Source: Escherichia coli
Lineage (GTDB): Bacteria; Pseudomonadota; Gammaproteobacteria; Enterobacterales; Enterobacteriaceae
Direction: 5' to 3' (one strand)
DNA: 64,000 bases
NCBI RefSeq assembly: GCF_041886205.1
Contig: NZ_CP169030.1
Part shown: piece after piece, positions 18,248 to 27,917 of the stretch
Layout of the letters: each line of letters opens with the position of its first letter
How positions within the stretch are numbered: position 1 is the stretch's first letter
Notes under the pieces: model-generated
Told to the model about the DNA's origin: nothing
Database searches by the model: none
The model's input: only the letters and a program-made list of their open reading frames with translations
Translations under genes and position numbers: made by a program

Positions 18248-18329
18248 TTTGAACCGGGAACCTTCCCTTTTTGGCTAGGCGTGAAACAATGGTCATTTTC
18301 CCTATACCCAAAATGACCAGGAGGCCCGC

Positions 18330-18428
18330 ATGAAAGTCGCACGCATCTACCTGCGCGTGAGCACGGAGGAACAAGACCTAAGCCGGCAGGATGCCATCGT
18401 GGAGAGCTTAAATAAGACCGTCCCGTAA
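18330..18428 (+). pseudogene. Serine recombinase (resolvase) N-terminal fragment, truncated after ~27 codons by the 88-bp repeat
   Basis: MKVARIYLRVSTEEQDLSRQDAIVES matches the catalytic-serine N-terminus of resolvases; frame then runs into repeat sequence and stops. Confidence 0.5.
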
Positions 18429-18495
18429 ATTTCAGCCGAATCCGACAAAAAGGCGTGAAGATTTCCTTTAAATAGAGAGACCGAAGGTCATCCTT
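18408..18495. repeat. 88-bp direct repeat, copy A, flanking the tet(M) segment
   Basis: TTAAATAAGACCGTCCCGTAAATTTCAGCCGAATCCGACAAAAAGGCGTGAAGATTTCCTTTAAATAGAGAGACCGAAGGTCATCCTT, identical at 20999-21086. Confidence 0.85.
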
Positions 18496-18648
18496 TTCCT
18501 AAAAAAGGGGGGGGCCATGGTTCCAAGATGTAAAATCGAGGGCTAATTCAGGCTATACTTGAACTATCCTTAATGGAATCTTTAGCCAGCGGTATCAACG
18601 AAGCAAGAAACATCGAAGACTAATTAAAAGAATCCATACATAACGGAA

Positions 18649-18693
18649 AGAGCCGATAAAATGAGATTGTATTAATCTCATTTTATCGGCTCT
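18649..18693. terminator. Long perfect hairpin (19-bp stem) at the 3' end of the small ORF downstream of tet(M)
   Basis: AGAGCCGATAAAATGAGATT-gtat-TAATCTCATTTTATCGGCTCT. Confidence 0.45.
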
Positions 18694-18850
18694 GCGTCTT
18701 TGCGTCTGGCTCTGTAATCGCAGTTACTTTGAACTGCTTTATTTCAATTAAATTTTCTTGTCTGCATTTCGGACAATAGAGGGGGAATTTTTTTAATTCA
18801 GTATCTTCCCTTATCTTTAATCGTGTTTTATTTCCACATACAGGACACAA
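18683..18850 (-). CDS. Small Cys-rich zinc-ribbon-like protein (~55 aa), Tn916 orf6-like, downstream of tet(M)
   Basis: Minus-strand frame CPVCGNKTRLKIREDTELKKFPLYCPKCRQENLIEIKQFKVTAITEPDAKTQSR with TTG/GTG start; below ORF-track length cutoff. Confidence 0.4.
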   Translation of the reverse strand: MCPVCGNKTRLKIREDTELKKFPLYCPKCRQENLIEIKQFKVTAITEPDAKTQSR

Positions 18851-18968
18851 TATCCACTTGTAGTTTATAATAACTATCTCCTCCTTTACACTTTAATTCA
18901 AATCTTTATTAAAAAATATTTCATCTTATTTAACAAGAAACCATATTTATATAACAACATAAAATACA

Positions 18969-20888
18969 CTAAGTTATTTTATTGAACATATATCGTACTT
19001 TATCTATCCGACTATTTGGACGACGGGGCTGGCAAACAGGTTCACCGGTAGTAACATGGTACCCTTTTAACTCTGTTAAACAAACACTACGTCCATTTGT
19101 AAAGAAAGTTAAATCACTACGATATTCTTGAATACACCGAGCAGGGATTTCTCCACTAAGAATGACCTCATTATTTTTCAATTGAGTGTCTACGATGTTC
19201 GCACAATATTTAGGAGCATCGTTGTATGCTCGTGAAAGATATTCCTGTGGCGCATAAATTTTAAAACTAAGATATGGCTCTAACAATTCTGTTCCAGCTT
19301 TTTTTAAGACTTGTTCCAATACAATAGGAGCAAGCATCCGAAAATCTGCTGGGGTACTAACAGGGCTATAGTATAAGCCATACTTAAAACAGATTTTACA
19401 GTCCGTCACATTCCAACCATACAATCCTTGTTCACAGCCATAGCGTATCCCTTCCATAACTGCATTTTGAAATGATTGATTTAAGTATCCAAGAGAAACC
19501 GAGCTCTCATACTGCATTCCACTTCCCAACGGAAGCGGTGATACAGATAAACCAATGGAAGCCCAGAAAGGATTTGGCGGCACTTCGATGTGAATGGTAT
19601 ATTCTGCATTTTTTAACGGTCTCTCCATATAAATGACTGTAGGCTCTTTTAGTTCTATCTCCACATGATACTTTTCTTGCAACAGTGCACTAATCACTTC
19701 CATTTGTACTTTCCCTAAGAAAGAAAGTATAATTTCATGTGTCGTAGAATCCACGTAATATCGTAGAAGCGGATCACTATCTGAGATTTCCAAAAGGGCA
19801 TCAAGCAACATTTCTCTCTGTTCAGGTTTACTCGGTTCAACAGTTGTTTGTAGTAGAGGGTGCGGATTTTCAATCTTTTTTCTCTGTGGCAATAGTTTTG
19901 TATCTCCAAGAACACTATTTAACTTCAAAAACTCATTTTGCAAAATAACAATTTCCCCGGAATAAGCCTTATCGATTTTACATAATTCACCATTTATTGA
20001 AGTATACATTTCTGTAATTTTTATTTTTTCCTTTTCCGATATTCTAACCGAATCTCGCAAATGCAGTACGCCACTATAAAGACGTATATATGCAAGACGT
20101 TGTCTTTTTTTTGTATATTCAATTTTGAAAACATTTCCGCAAAGTTCAGACTGACCTCGATGTGTTGATGAATAAAATTTATTCGTAATCACTTCTATAA
20201 GGTTATCAATCCCTATATTGTTTTTTGCACTTCCATGATAAAGAGGGAACAGAGAACAATTCTGAAATCTTATGCTTTCCTCTTGTTCGAGTTCCAATGC
20301 TTCTAATGATTTACCGGACATATATTTCTCTAAAAGGTCATCGTTTCCCTCTATTACCGTATCCCATTGTTCAGATTCGGTAAAGTTCGTCACACACATA
20401 TTAGGATACAGTTCTACCTTCTGTTTGATTACAATTTCGGCAGAAAGTTTCTCTTTAATATCCTGATAAACCGTTGATAAATCAATTCCATTTTGGTCAA
20501 TCTTATTGATAAAAAAGATTGTGGGAATCCCCATTTTCCTAAGTGCATGAAATAATATACGAGTTTGTGCTTGTACGCCATCTTTTGCAGAAATCAGTAG
20601 AATTGCCCCATCTAAAACTGATAATGAACGATATACTTCTGCTAAGAAATCCATATGTCCTGGCGTGTCTATGATGTTCACCTTCGTATTTTCCCACTGA
20701 AAAGAGGTTATTCCTGTCTGAATTGTAATTCCTCTCTGACGTTCTAAAAGCGTATTATCCGTCCTCGTTGTACCTTTGTCCACGCTTCCTAATTCTGTAA
20801 TCGCTCCACTGTTATATAATAAGCTTTCTGTTAAGGTAGTTTTTCCCGCATCAACATGAGCTAAAACTCCAATATTAATAATTTTCAT
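18969..20888 (-). CDS. tet(M): Tetracycline resistance ribosomal protection protein Tet(M)
   Basis: 639 aa starting [30 protein letters not shown] (translational GTPase motifs); the ORF-track frame begins 5 codons upstream. Confidence 0.95.
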   Translation of the reverse strand: MKIINIGVLAHVDAGKTTLTESLLYNSGAITELGSVDKGTTRTDNTLLERQRGITIQTGITSFQWENTKVNIIDTPGHMDFLAEVYRSLSVLDGAILLISAKDGVQAQTRILFHALRKMGIPTIFFINKIDQNGIDLSTVYQDIKEKLSAEIVIKQKVELYPNMCVTNFTESEQWDTVIEGNDDLLEKYMSGKSLEALELEQEESIRFQNCSLFPLYHGSAKNNIGIDNLIEVITNKFYSSTHRGQSELCGNVFKIEYTKKRQRLAYIRLYSGVLHLRDSVRISEKEKIKITEMYTSINGELCKIDKAYSGEIVILQNEFLKLNSVLGDTKLLPQRKKIENPHPLLQTTVEPSKPEQREMLLDALLEISDSDPLLRYYVDSTTHEIILSFLGKVQMEVISALLQEKYHVEIELKEPTVIYMERPLKNAEYTIHIEVPPNPFWASIGLSVSPLPLGSGMQYESSVSLGYLNQSFQNAVMEGIRYGCEQGLYGWNVTDCKICFKYGLYYSPVSTPADFRMLAPIVLEQVLKKAGTELLEPYLSFKIYAPQEYLSRAYNDAPKYCANIVDTQLKNNEVILSGEIPARCIQEYRSDLTFFTNGRSVCLTELKGYHVTTGEPVCQPRRPNSRIDKVRYMFNKIT

Positions 20889-20903
20889 GTGATTTTCCTC
20901 CAT

Positions 20904-20990
20904 TCAAAAGCCCAAAAGGGCATAAAAATCCCAGTGATAAATACTCTTATCACTGGGATTTTTATGCATAACCATAGGCATACAAAGCAT
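20904..20990 (-). CDS. tet(M) leader peptide (28 aa) of the transcriptional attenuator
   Basis: MLCMPMVMHKNPSDKSIYHWDFYALLGF immediately upstream of tet(M), as in Tn916. Confidence 0.7.
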   Translation of the reverse strand: MLCMPMVMHKNPSDKSIYHWDFYALLGF

Positions 20991-20998
20991 ACAGATAT

Positions 20999-21086
20999 TT
21001 AAATAAGACCGTCCCGTAAATTTCAGCCGAATCCGACAAAAAGGCGTGAAGATTTCCTTTAAATAGAGAGACCGAAGGTCATCCTT
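20999..21086. repeat. 88-bp direct repeat, copy B, flanking the tet(M) segment
   Basis: Identical to 18408-18495, same orientation. Confidence 0.85.
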
Positions 21087-21134
21087 GAAGAAGGAGTCCT
21101 CGGTGAGATTCAGAATGCCGAACACCGTCACCCT
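21087..21134 (-). pseudogene. sul1: sul1 5' fragment (codons ~2-17 only), joined on one side to the 88-bp repeat and on the other to truncated attI1
   Basis: Minus strand reads (V)TVFGILNLTEDSFF, the N-terminus of Sul1 dihydropteroate synthase, lacking its ATG and everything after codon ~17. Confidence 0.7.
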
Positions 21135-21200
21135 GCTGCGTAACATCGTTGCTGCTCCATAACATCAAACATCGACCCACGGCGTAACGCGCTTGCTGCT
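21133..21200. other. attI1 (copy 2), truncated: lacks the GTTAGATGC crossover end
   Basis: Sequence identical to copy 1 from CCCTGCTGCGTAACATCG onward, but the cassette-proximal ~25 bp are replaced by the sul1 fragment. Confidence 0.6.
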
Positions 21201-21247
21201 TGGATGCCCGAGGCATAGACTGTACAAAAAAACAGTCATAACAAGCC

Positions 21248-22261
21248 ATGAAAACCGCCACTGCGCCGTTACCACCGCTGCGTTCGGTCAAGGTTCTGGA
21301 CCAGTTGCGTGAGCGCATACGCTACTTGCATTACAGCTTACGAACCGAACAGGCTTATGTCCACTGGGTTCGTGCCTTCATCCGTTTCCACGGTGTGCGT
21401 CACCCGGCAACCTTGGGCAGCAGCGAAGTCGAGGCATTTCTGTCCTGGCTGGCGAACGAGCGCAAGGTTTCGGTCTCCACGCATCGTCAGGCATTGGCGG
21501 CCTTGCTGTTCTTCTACGGCAAGGTGCTGTGCACGGATCTGCCCTGGCTTCAGGAGATCGGAAGACCTCGGCCGTCGCGGCGCTTGCCGGTGGTGCTGAC
21601 CCCGGATGAAGTGGTTCGCATCCTCGGTTTTCTGGAAGGCGAGCATCGTTTGTTCGCCCAGCTTCTGTATGGAACGGGCATGCGGATCAGTGAGGGTTTG
21701 CAACTGCGGGTCAAGGATCTGGATTTCGATCACGGCACGATCATCGTGCGGGAGGGCAAGGGCTCCAAGGATCGGGCCTTGATGTTACCCGAGAGCTTGG
21801 CACCCAGCCTGCGCGAGCAGCTGTCGCGTGCACGGGCATGGTGGCTGAAGGACCAGGCCGAGGGCCGCAGCGGCGTTGCGCTTCCCGACGCCCTTGAGCG
21901 GAAGTATCCGCGCGCCGGGCATTCCTGGCCGTGGTTCTGGGTTTTTGCGCAGCACACGCATTCGACCGATCCACGGAGCGGTGTCGTGCGTCGCCATCAC
22001 ATGTATGACCAGACCTTTCAGCGCGCCTTCAAACGTGCCGTAGAACAAGCAGGCATCACGAAGCCCGCCACACCGCACACCCTCCGCCACTCGTTCGCGA
22101 CGGCCTTGCTCCGCAGCGGTTACGACATTCGAACCGTGCAGGATCTGCTCGGCCATTCCGACGTCTCTACGACGATGATTTACACGCATGTGCTGAAAGT
22201 TGGCGGTGCCGGAGTGCGCTCACCGCTTGATGCGCTGCCGCCCCTCACTAGTGAGAGGTAG
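21248..22261 (+). CDS. intI1: Class 1 integron integrase IntI1 (copy 2, identical protein)
   Basis: Identical 337-aa translation to copy 1; one silent nucleotide difference noted. Confidence 0.95.
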
Positions 22262-22438
22262 GGCAGCGCAAGTCAATCCTGGCGGATTCACTACCCCTGC
22301 GCGAAGGCCATCGGTGCCGCATCGAACGGCCGGTTGCGGAAAGTCCTCCCTGCGTCCGCTGATGGCCGGCAGCAGCCCGTCGTTGCCTGATGGATCCAAC
22401 CCCTCCGCTGCTATAGTGCAGTCGGCTTCTGACGTTCA

Positions 22439-22463
22439 GTGCAGCCGTCTTCTGAAAACGACA
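22439..22463. repeat. IRi, copy 2 (outer end of integron), followed by CGCCT target duplication
   Basis: GTGCAGCCGTCTTCTGAAAACGACA then CGCCT at 22464-22468. Confidence 0.8.
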
Positions 22464-22485
22464 CGCCTTCAACCAAGGAGACATC

Positions 22486-23046
22486 GTGCAGGGGCACCGC
22501 ATCGGCTACGTCCGGGTCAGCAGCTTTGACCAGAACCCGGAACGCCAGCTGGAACAAACCCAGGTGAGCAAGGTGTTCACCGACAAGGCATCGGGCAAGG
22601 ACACCCAGCGCCCCCAGCTCGAAGCGCTGCTGAGCTTCGTCCGCGAAGGCGATACAGTGGTGGTGCACAGCATGGATCGGCTGGCCCGCAACCTCGATGA
22701 CCTGCGTCGCTTGGTACAGAAGCTGACTCAGCGCGGCGTGCGCATCGAGTTCCTGAAGGAGGGCCTGGTGTTCACTGGCGAGGACTCGCCGATGGCCAAC
22801 CTGATGCTGTCGGTGATGGGGGCCTTCGCTGAGTTCGAGCGCGCCCTGATCCGCGAGCGGCAGCGTGAGGGCATCGCCTTGGCCAAGCAGCGTGGCGCGT
22901 ACCGGGGCCGCAAGAAAGCCCTGTCCGATGAGCAGGCTGCTACCCTGCGGCAGCGAGCGACGGCCGGCGAGCCCAAGGCGCAGCTTGCCCGCGAGTTCAA
23001 CATCAGCCGGGAAACCCTCTACCAGTACCTCCGCACGGACGACTGA
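22486..23046 (+). CDS. tnpR: TnpR resolvase (Tn21/Tn1721 subfamily)
   Basis: 186-aa serine recombinase MQGHRIGYVRVSSFDQNPERQ... Confidence 0.9.
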   Translation: MQGHRIGYVRVSSFDQNPERQLEQTQVSKVFTDKASGKDTQRPQLEALLSFVREGDTVVVHSMDRLARNLDDLRRLVQKLTQRGVRIEFLKEGLVFTGEDSPMANLMLSVMGAFAEFERALIRERQREGIALAKQRGAYRGRKKALSDEQAATLRQRATAGEPKAQLAREFNISRETLYQYLRTDD

Positions 23047-23049
23047 CAC

Positions 23050-26016
23050 ATGCCGCGTCGCTTGATCCTCTCGGCCACGGAGCGGGACACCCTGCTTGCG
23101 CTGCCGGAAAGCCAGGATGACCTGATCCGCTACTACACCTTCAACGACTCCGACCTGTCGCTGATCCGCCAGCGACGCGGCGACGCCAACCGCCTCGGCT
23201 TCGCCGTGCAGCTCTGCCTGCTGCGCTACCCCGGTTACGCGCTGGGAACCGACAGCGAGCTGCCCGAGCCGGTCATCCTGTGGGTGGCGAAGCAAGTCCA
23301 GGCCGAGCCGGCGAGCTGGGCAAAGTACGGCGAGCGCGACGTGACCCGTCGCGAGCATGCCCAGGAACTGCGCACCTACCTGCAACTGGCCCCGTTCGGC
23401 CTGTCCGACTTCCGCGCCCTGGTGCGCGAGCTAACCGAGCTGGCCCAGCAGACCGACAAAGGCTTGCTGCTGGCCGGTCAGGCCCTGGAGAGCCTACGGC
23501 AGAAACGACGCATCCTGCCGGCGCTGAGCGTGATTGACCGGGCCTGCTCGGAAGCCATTGCGCGAGCCAATCGGCGGGTCTACCGCGCCCTGGTCGAACC
23601 ACTCACGGACTCGCATCGGGCCAAGCTGGACGAGCTGTTGAAGCTCAAGGCCGGCAGCAGCATCACCTGGTTGACCTGGCTGCGCCAGGCACCGCTGAAA
23701 CCCAACTCTCGGCACATGCTGGAACACATCGAGCGGCTGAAGACATTTCAGTTGGTGGACTTGCCCGAAGGCCTGGGCCGGCACATCCACCAGAACCGCC
23801 TGCTCAAGCTGGCCCGCGAGGGTGGGCAGATGACGCCCAAAGACCTCGGTAAGTTCGAGCCGCAGCGCCGCTACGCGACCCTGGCCGCCGTGGTGCTGGA
23901 GAGCACCGCGACCGTGATCGATGAGCTGGTCGATCTGCATGACCGCATCCTGGTCAAGCTGTTCAGCGGCGCGAAGCACAAGCATCAGCAGCAGTTCCAG
24001 AAGCAGGGCAAGGCGATCAACGACAAGGTGCGCCTGTACTCCAGGATCGGCCAGGCGCTGCTGGAAGCGAAGGAAAGCGGCAGCGACCCCTATGCCGCCA
24101 TCGAGGCGGTGATTCCCTGGGACGAGTTCACCGAGAGCGTCAGCGAGGCCGAGCTGCTGGCCCGGCCGGAAGGCTTCGACCACCTGCACCTGGTCGGCGA
24201 GAACTTCGCCACCCTGCGCCGTTACACGCCGGCCTTGCTGGAGGTGCTGGAACTGCGCGCCGCGCCGGCCGCGCAAGGCGTGCTGGCAGCCGTGCAGACC
24301 CTGCGTGAGATGAACGCCGACAACCTGCGCAAGGTGCCGGCCGATGCACCCACGGCCTTCATCAAGCCGCGCTGGAAGCCGCTGGTGATCACCCCGGAAG
24401 GCCTCGACCGGAAATTCTACGAAATCTGCGCCCTGTCCGAGCTGAAGAACGCCCTGCGCTCCGGCGACATCTGGGTCAAGGGCTCGCGGCAGTTCCGCGA
24501 CTTCGACGACTACCTGCTGCCGGCCGAGAAGTTCGCCGCACTCAAGCGCGAGCAGGCCCTGCCCCTGGCGATCAACCCGAACAGCGACCAGTACCTGGAA
24601 GAGCGTTTGCAGCTGCTGGACGAGCAGTTGGCCACCGTCACCCGCCTGGCCAAGGACAACGAGCTGCCCGATGCCATCCTCACCGAGTCAGGGCTGAAAA
24701 TCACCCCGCTGGATGCGGCGGTGCCGGATCGGGCGCAGGCGCTGATCGACCAAACCAGCCAGTTACTGCCGCGCATCAAGATCACCGAACTGCTGATGGA
24801 CGTGGACGACTGGACGGGCTTCAGCCGCCACTTCACCCACTTGAAGGACGGGGCCGAGGCCAAAGACAGGACGTTGCTGCTGTCCGCAATCCTCGGTGAT
24901 GCGATCAACCTCGGGCTGACCAAGATGGCCGAGTCGAGCCCCGGCCTGACCTACGCCAAGCTGTCCTGGCTGCAAGCCTGGCACATCCGCGACGAAACCT
25001 ATTCGGCGGCCTTGGCCGAGCTGGTCAACCACCAGTATCGCCACGCCTTTGCCGCCCACTGGGGCGACGGCACGACCTCATCCTCCGATGGCCAGCGCTT
25101 CCGCGCGGGTGGCCGGGGCGAGAGCACCGGGCACGTCAACCCGAAGTACGGTAGCGAGCCGGGACGGCTGTTCTATACCCATATCTCCGACCAGTACGCG
25201 CCGTTCAGCACCCGCGTGGTGAATGTCGGCGTCCGCGATTCCACCTATGTGCTCGACGGCCTGCTGTACCACGAGTCCGACCTGCGGATCGAGGAGCACT
25301 ACACCGACACGGCCGGCTTCACCGATCACGTCTTTGCCCTGATGCACCTGCTAGGCTTCCGCTTCGCGCCGCGCATCCGCGACCTCGGCGAAACCAAGCT
25401 GTACGTGCCGCAGGGCGTGCAAGCCTACCCGACGTTGCGCCCGCTGATCGGCGGCACCCTGAACATCAAGCACGTGCGTGCCCACTGGGACGACATCCTG
25501 CGCCTGGCCAGCTCGATCAAGCAGGGCACCGTCACCGCCTCGCTGATGCTGCGCAAGCTCGGCAGCTACCCGCGCCAGAACGGACTGGCCGTGGCCCTGC
25601 GCGAGCTGGGCCGGATCGAGCGCACGCTGTTCATCCTGGACTGGCTGCAAAGTGTTGAACTGCGCCGCCGCGTGCATGCCGGCCTGAACAAAGGTGAGGC
25701 GCGCAACTCGCTGGCCAGGGCGGTGTTCTTCAACCGCCTTGGGGAAATCAGGGATCGGAGCTTCGAGCAGCAGCGCTACCGGGCCAGCGGCCTCAACCTG
25801 GTGACGGCGGCTATCGTGCTGTGGAACACGGTGTACCTGGAACGCGCCACCCAGGGGTTGGTCGAGGCCGGCAAGCCGGTGGACGGCGAGCTGCTGCAAT
25901 TCCTGTCGCCGCTGGGCTGGGAGCACATCAACCTAACCGGCGATTACGTCTGGCGGCAGAGCCGCAGACTGGAAGACGGGAAGTTTCGGCCCTTACGGAT
26001 GCCCGGAAAACCTTAG
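23050..26016 (+). CDS. tnpA: TnpA transposase (Tn3 family, Tn21/Tn1721 subfamily)
   Basis: 988-aa ORF ending inside the terminal inverted repeat. Confidence 0.9.
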   Translation: MPRRLILSATERDTLLALPESQDDLIRYYTFNDSDLSLIRQRRGDANRLGFAVQLCLLRYPGYALGTDSELPEPVILWVAKQVQAEPASWAKYGERDVTRREHAQELRTYLQLAPFGLSDFRALVRELTELAQQTDKGLLLAGQALESLRQKRRILPALSVIDRACSEAIARANRRVYRALVEPLTDSHRAKLDELLKLKAGSSITWLTWLRQAPLKPNSRHMLEHIERLKTFQLVDLPEGLGRHIHQNRLLKLAREGGQMTPKDLGKFEPQRRYATLAAVVLESTATVIDELVDLHDRILVKLFSGAKHKHQQQFQKQGKAINDKVRLYSRIGQALLEAKESGSDPYAAIEAVIPWDEFTESVSEAELLARPEGFDHLHLVGENFATLRRYTPALLEVLELRAAPAAQGVLAAVQTLREMNADNLRKVPADAPTAFIKPRWKPLVITPEGLDRKFYEICALSELKNALRSGDIWVKGSRQFRDFDDYLLPAEKFAALKREQALPLAINPNSDQYLEERLQLLDEQLATVTRLAKDNELPDAILTESGLKITPLDAAVPDRAQALIDQTSQLLPRIKITELLMDVDDWTGFSRHFTHLKDGAEAKDRTLLLSAILGDAINLGLTKMAESSPGLTYAKLSWLQAWHIRDETYSAALAELVNHQYRHAFAAHWGDGTTSSSDGQRFRAGGRGESTGHVNPKYGSEPGRLFYTHISDQYAPFSTRVVNVGVRDSTYVLDGLLYHESDLRIEEHYTDTAGFTDHVFALMHLLGFRFAPRIRDLGETKLYVPQGVQAYPTLRPLIGGTLNIKHVRAHWDDILRLASSIKQGTVTASLMLRKLGSYPRQNGLAVALRELGRIERTLFILDWLQSVELRRRVHAGLNKGEARNSLARAVFFNRLGEIRDRSFEQQRYRASGLNLVTAAIVLWNTVYLERATQGLVEAGKPVDGELLQFLSPLGWEHINLTGDYVWRQSRRLEDGKFRPLRMPGKP

Positions 26017-26049
26017 CGTACGATTTTTTCCGAATTCTGCGGGCTCCCC
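26012..26049. repeat. Right 38-bp terminal inverted repeat of the Tn1721-like transposon
   Basis: Reverse complement reads GGGGAGCCCGCAGAATTCGGAAAAAATCGTACGCTAAG. Confidence 0.8.
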
Positions 26050-26190
26050 TTGTTTGTACGATTCGATATCGATACTGCGTAATGGCCGGTACTTCCCTGT
26101 ACCCAGCTTAAGATTATTACGCCAGACATCATCCCCATTAAGATTGATATGCTCCCAGCCCAACGGCGAAAGGTGAGTGCAGTTGGTCAT
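26050..26190 (-). pseudogene. 3' remnant of a second Tn3-family tnpA, inverted and abutting the outer end of the transposon IR
   Basis: Minus-strand translation [31 protein letters not shown] parallels the TnpA C-terminus [31 protein letters not shown]. Confidence 0.5.
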
Positions 26191-26319
26191 TAATCGGGAG
26201 CTTTTTTCGTTTCAGGGACTCAATGGCTCTTTCTATGTATACCGTGTTCCATAATTTTTCACTCCGTTGAAAACGGAGTACGTGGCAATCGTATCAGTGA
26301 TACAGTTGAGGCAATTGAC

Positions 26320-26520
26320 ACGAATACCCTTTCCGGTATTGATGGCATCAGTTGAAGAGCATGTTATTCTCTTGAGCTATTTGTGCCACACAGGCGCGGG
26401 GGGCGTTTTTTACCACGGGGACTTCGGGCATAAAAACAAGGGGCCGCAAACACGGCCCTTAATTCAGATCTAACCGGGTACGCTATCTGTTGCCCTGGAA
26501 AATTGATCTGACAACTCAGT
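26320..26520. mobile_element. Rearranged IS66-family remnant
   Basis: 26330-26430 resembles the region around 34460-34640 of the intact IS66-family copy; 26466-26513 resembles, in opposite orientation, 32307-32350. Confidence 0.45.
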
Positions 26521-26567
26521 AAAGATCAATACGGTTCTGACGAGCAGCTTACCTGCCTGTTTGCGTT

Positions 26568-27863
26568 TCAGAGCTTATTCTCTGCTGTCTGATAGCCACG
26601 GCTGAGACGAACAAACAGCATTGCCGTTGCGGCGAGTCCGCATAGCGCCGCGCACATGAGCCACCACCCCGGAGAACTCTTATCGCCGGTCAACTGGACC
26701 AATGCGGTGGAGATAGCAGGCGTCAGGCCGCCGAAAATCGCAGTCGCAAGACTAAAGGCCAGCGAAAAACCCACGGTTCGGACATAAACCGGCATCACTT
26801 CGGTCAGGGCCGCCACCATCGCACCGTTATACATGCCAAAAAAGAACGAGAACCAGAGCAGCACCAACGTCATGCGGGTGAAGTCAGGGGCAGCGGTAAG
26901 CCAGTTCATCACCGGCCAGGTGGTGACGAGGGCGAGCAAGGTGATGCCCATCAGCACCGGGCGTCGCCCGATCCGATCAGAGATAGCGCCGCCAATCGGC
27001 AGCCAGATGAAGTTAGAAATCCCTACCAGCATGGTGACAACCAGGCTGTCACGTGCGCTCAGGTTCAACACCGTTCTCCCGTAAGTGGGGGTATAGACAG
27101 TAATAAAATAAAAGGTCGTGGTCGTCATCGCTACCAGCAGGGTACCCGCGGTGATGATGCGCCAGTTTTTAGCAATGGTGGTAAAAATTTCCCGGGTGTC
27201 CGGACGGTGTTTACGTTGTAAAAAGGCTTCAGTTTCCTGTAGCGAACGTCGAAGAACAAAAATCAGCGGAATAATCATGCAGCCAATGAAGAACGGGATT
27301 CGCCAACCCCATTCGGAGATTTCATCGTGTCCCAGCGTGACATTCAGACCGTAGCCGATCAGCGCGGCGACGACAATCGCCACCTGCTGGCTGGCCGATT
27401 GCCAACTGGTGTAAAAGCCTTTATTGCCTGGTGTAGCGATCTCAGAAAGATAAACAGAGACGCCGCCCAGTTCGACGCCAGCAGAAAATCCCTGTAGCAG
27501 ACGCCCCACCAGGACCAGCACGGGAGCCAGCAGGCCGATAGTCTGATAACCCGGCACGAGGGCGATGAGCAGCGTGCCGCAGCCCATAATCGCCAGGGTG
27601 ACCATCAGCCCTTTCCGTCGGCCGATTCTGTCGATATATGCGCCCAACACCACGGCCCCGATAGGGCGCATTAAAAATCCGGAGCCAAAAACGGCAAAAG
27701 TAAGCATTAATGCGGCAAACTCACTTTCGGCAGGAAAAAACGTCTTTGCGATATAAGTGGCGTAAAAACCAAACAGGAAAAAATCGAACTGTTCGAGAAA
27801 ATTACCGCTGGTCACACGCAGTATTGCGCCGAACGTGCCAGCGCGCGATGGTTGTTGAGTCAT
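26568..27863 (-). CDS. tcuC: TcuC-like MFS transporter (tricarballylate/citrate uptake)
   Basis: 431-aa 12-TM MFS protein immediately downstream of tcuB. Confidence 0.7.
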   Translation of the reverse strand: MTQQPSRAGTFGAILRVTSGNFLEQFDFFLFGFYATYIAKTFFPAESEFAALMLTFAVFGSGFLMRPIGAVVLGAYIDRIGRRKGLMVTLAIMGCGTLLIALVPGYQTIGLLAPVLVLVGRLLQGFSAGVELGGVSVYLSEIATPGNKGFYTSWQSASQQVAIVVAALIGYGLNVTLGHDEISEWGWRIPFFIGCMIIPLIFVLRRSLQETEAFLQRKHRPDTREIFTTIAKNWRIITAGTLLVAMTTTTFYFITVYTPTYGRTVLNLSARDSLVVTMLVGISNFIWLPIGGAISDRIGRRPVLMGITLLALVTTWPVMNWLTAAPDFTRMTLVLLWFSFFFGMYNGAMVAALTEVMPVYVRTVGFSLAFSLATAIFGGLTPAISTALVQLTGDKSSPGWWLMCAALCGLAATAMLFVRLSRGYQTAENKL

Positions 27864-27917
27864 TGAAGTTGCTCCACTGTCTTATCAGAATTATGTATAG
27901 AGGTAAGAGTTTGCGGG

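Larger units (their letters stand above)
18496..20998. mobile_element. Tn916-family-derived tet(M) segment (low GC, ~35 percent) embedded in high-GC integron DNA
   Basis: Contains tet(M), its leader peptide and a small Cys-rich downstream ORF; abrupt GC drop relative to flanks. Confidence 0.8.
11626..22463. mobile_element. Complex class 1 integron / Tn402-like element (IRt to second IRi) inserted in the transposon res region
   Basis: 25-bp IRt at 11626-11650 and IRi at 22439-22463, complete tniABQR module, qac cassette, two intI1 copies, flanking CGCCT direct repeat. Confidence 0.75.
9567..26049. mobile_element. Tn1721/Tn21-subfamily (Tn3 family) transposon carrying a complex class 1 integron and tet(M)
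   Basis: 38-bp terminal inverted repeats GGGG(G/A)...CGTACGCTAAG at 9567-9604 and 26012-26049, MCP-like cargo gene, tnpR and 988-aa tnpA; flanking 5 bp do not match (ATGTG vs TTGTT). Confidence 0.75.

Noticed and set aside
20904-21146. 80-aa ORF upstream of tet(M)
   Set aside because: It is a chimera in one frame of the sul1 5' fragment, the 88-bp repeat and the tet(M) leader peptide, not a single gene
22411-25926. Long minus-strand ORFs (22411-23385, 23494-24276, 25351-25926) overlapping tnpR and tnpA
   Set aside because: Antisense to confidently identified transposon genes in GC-rich DNA
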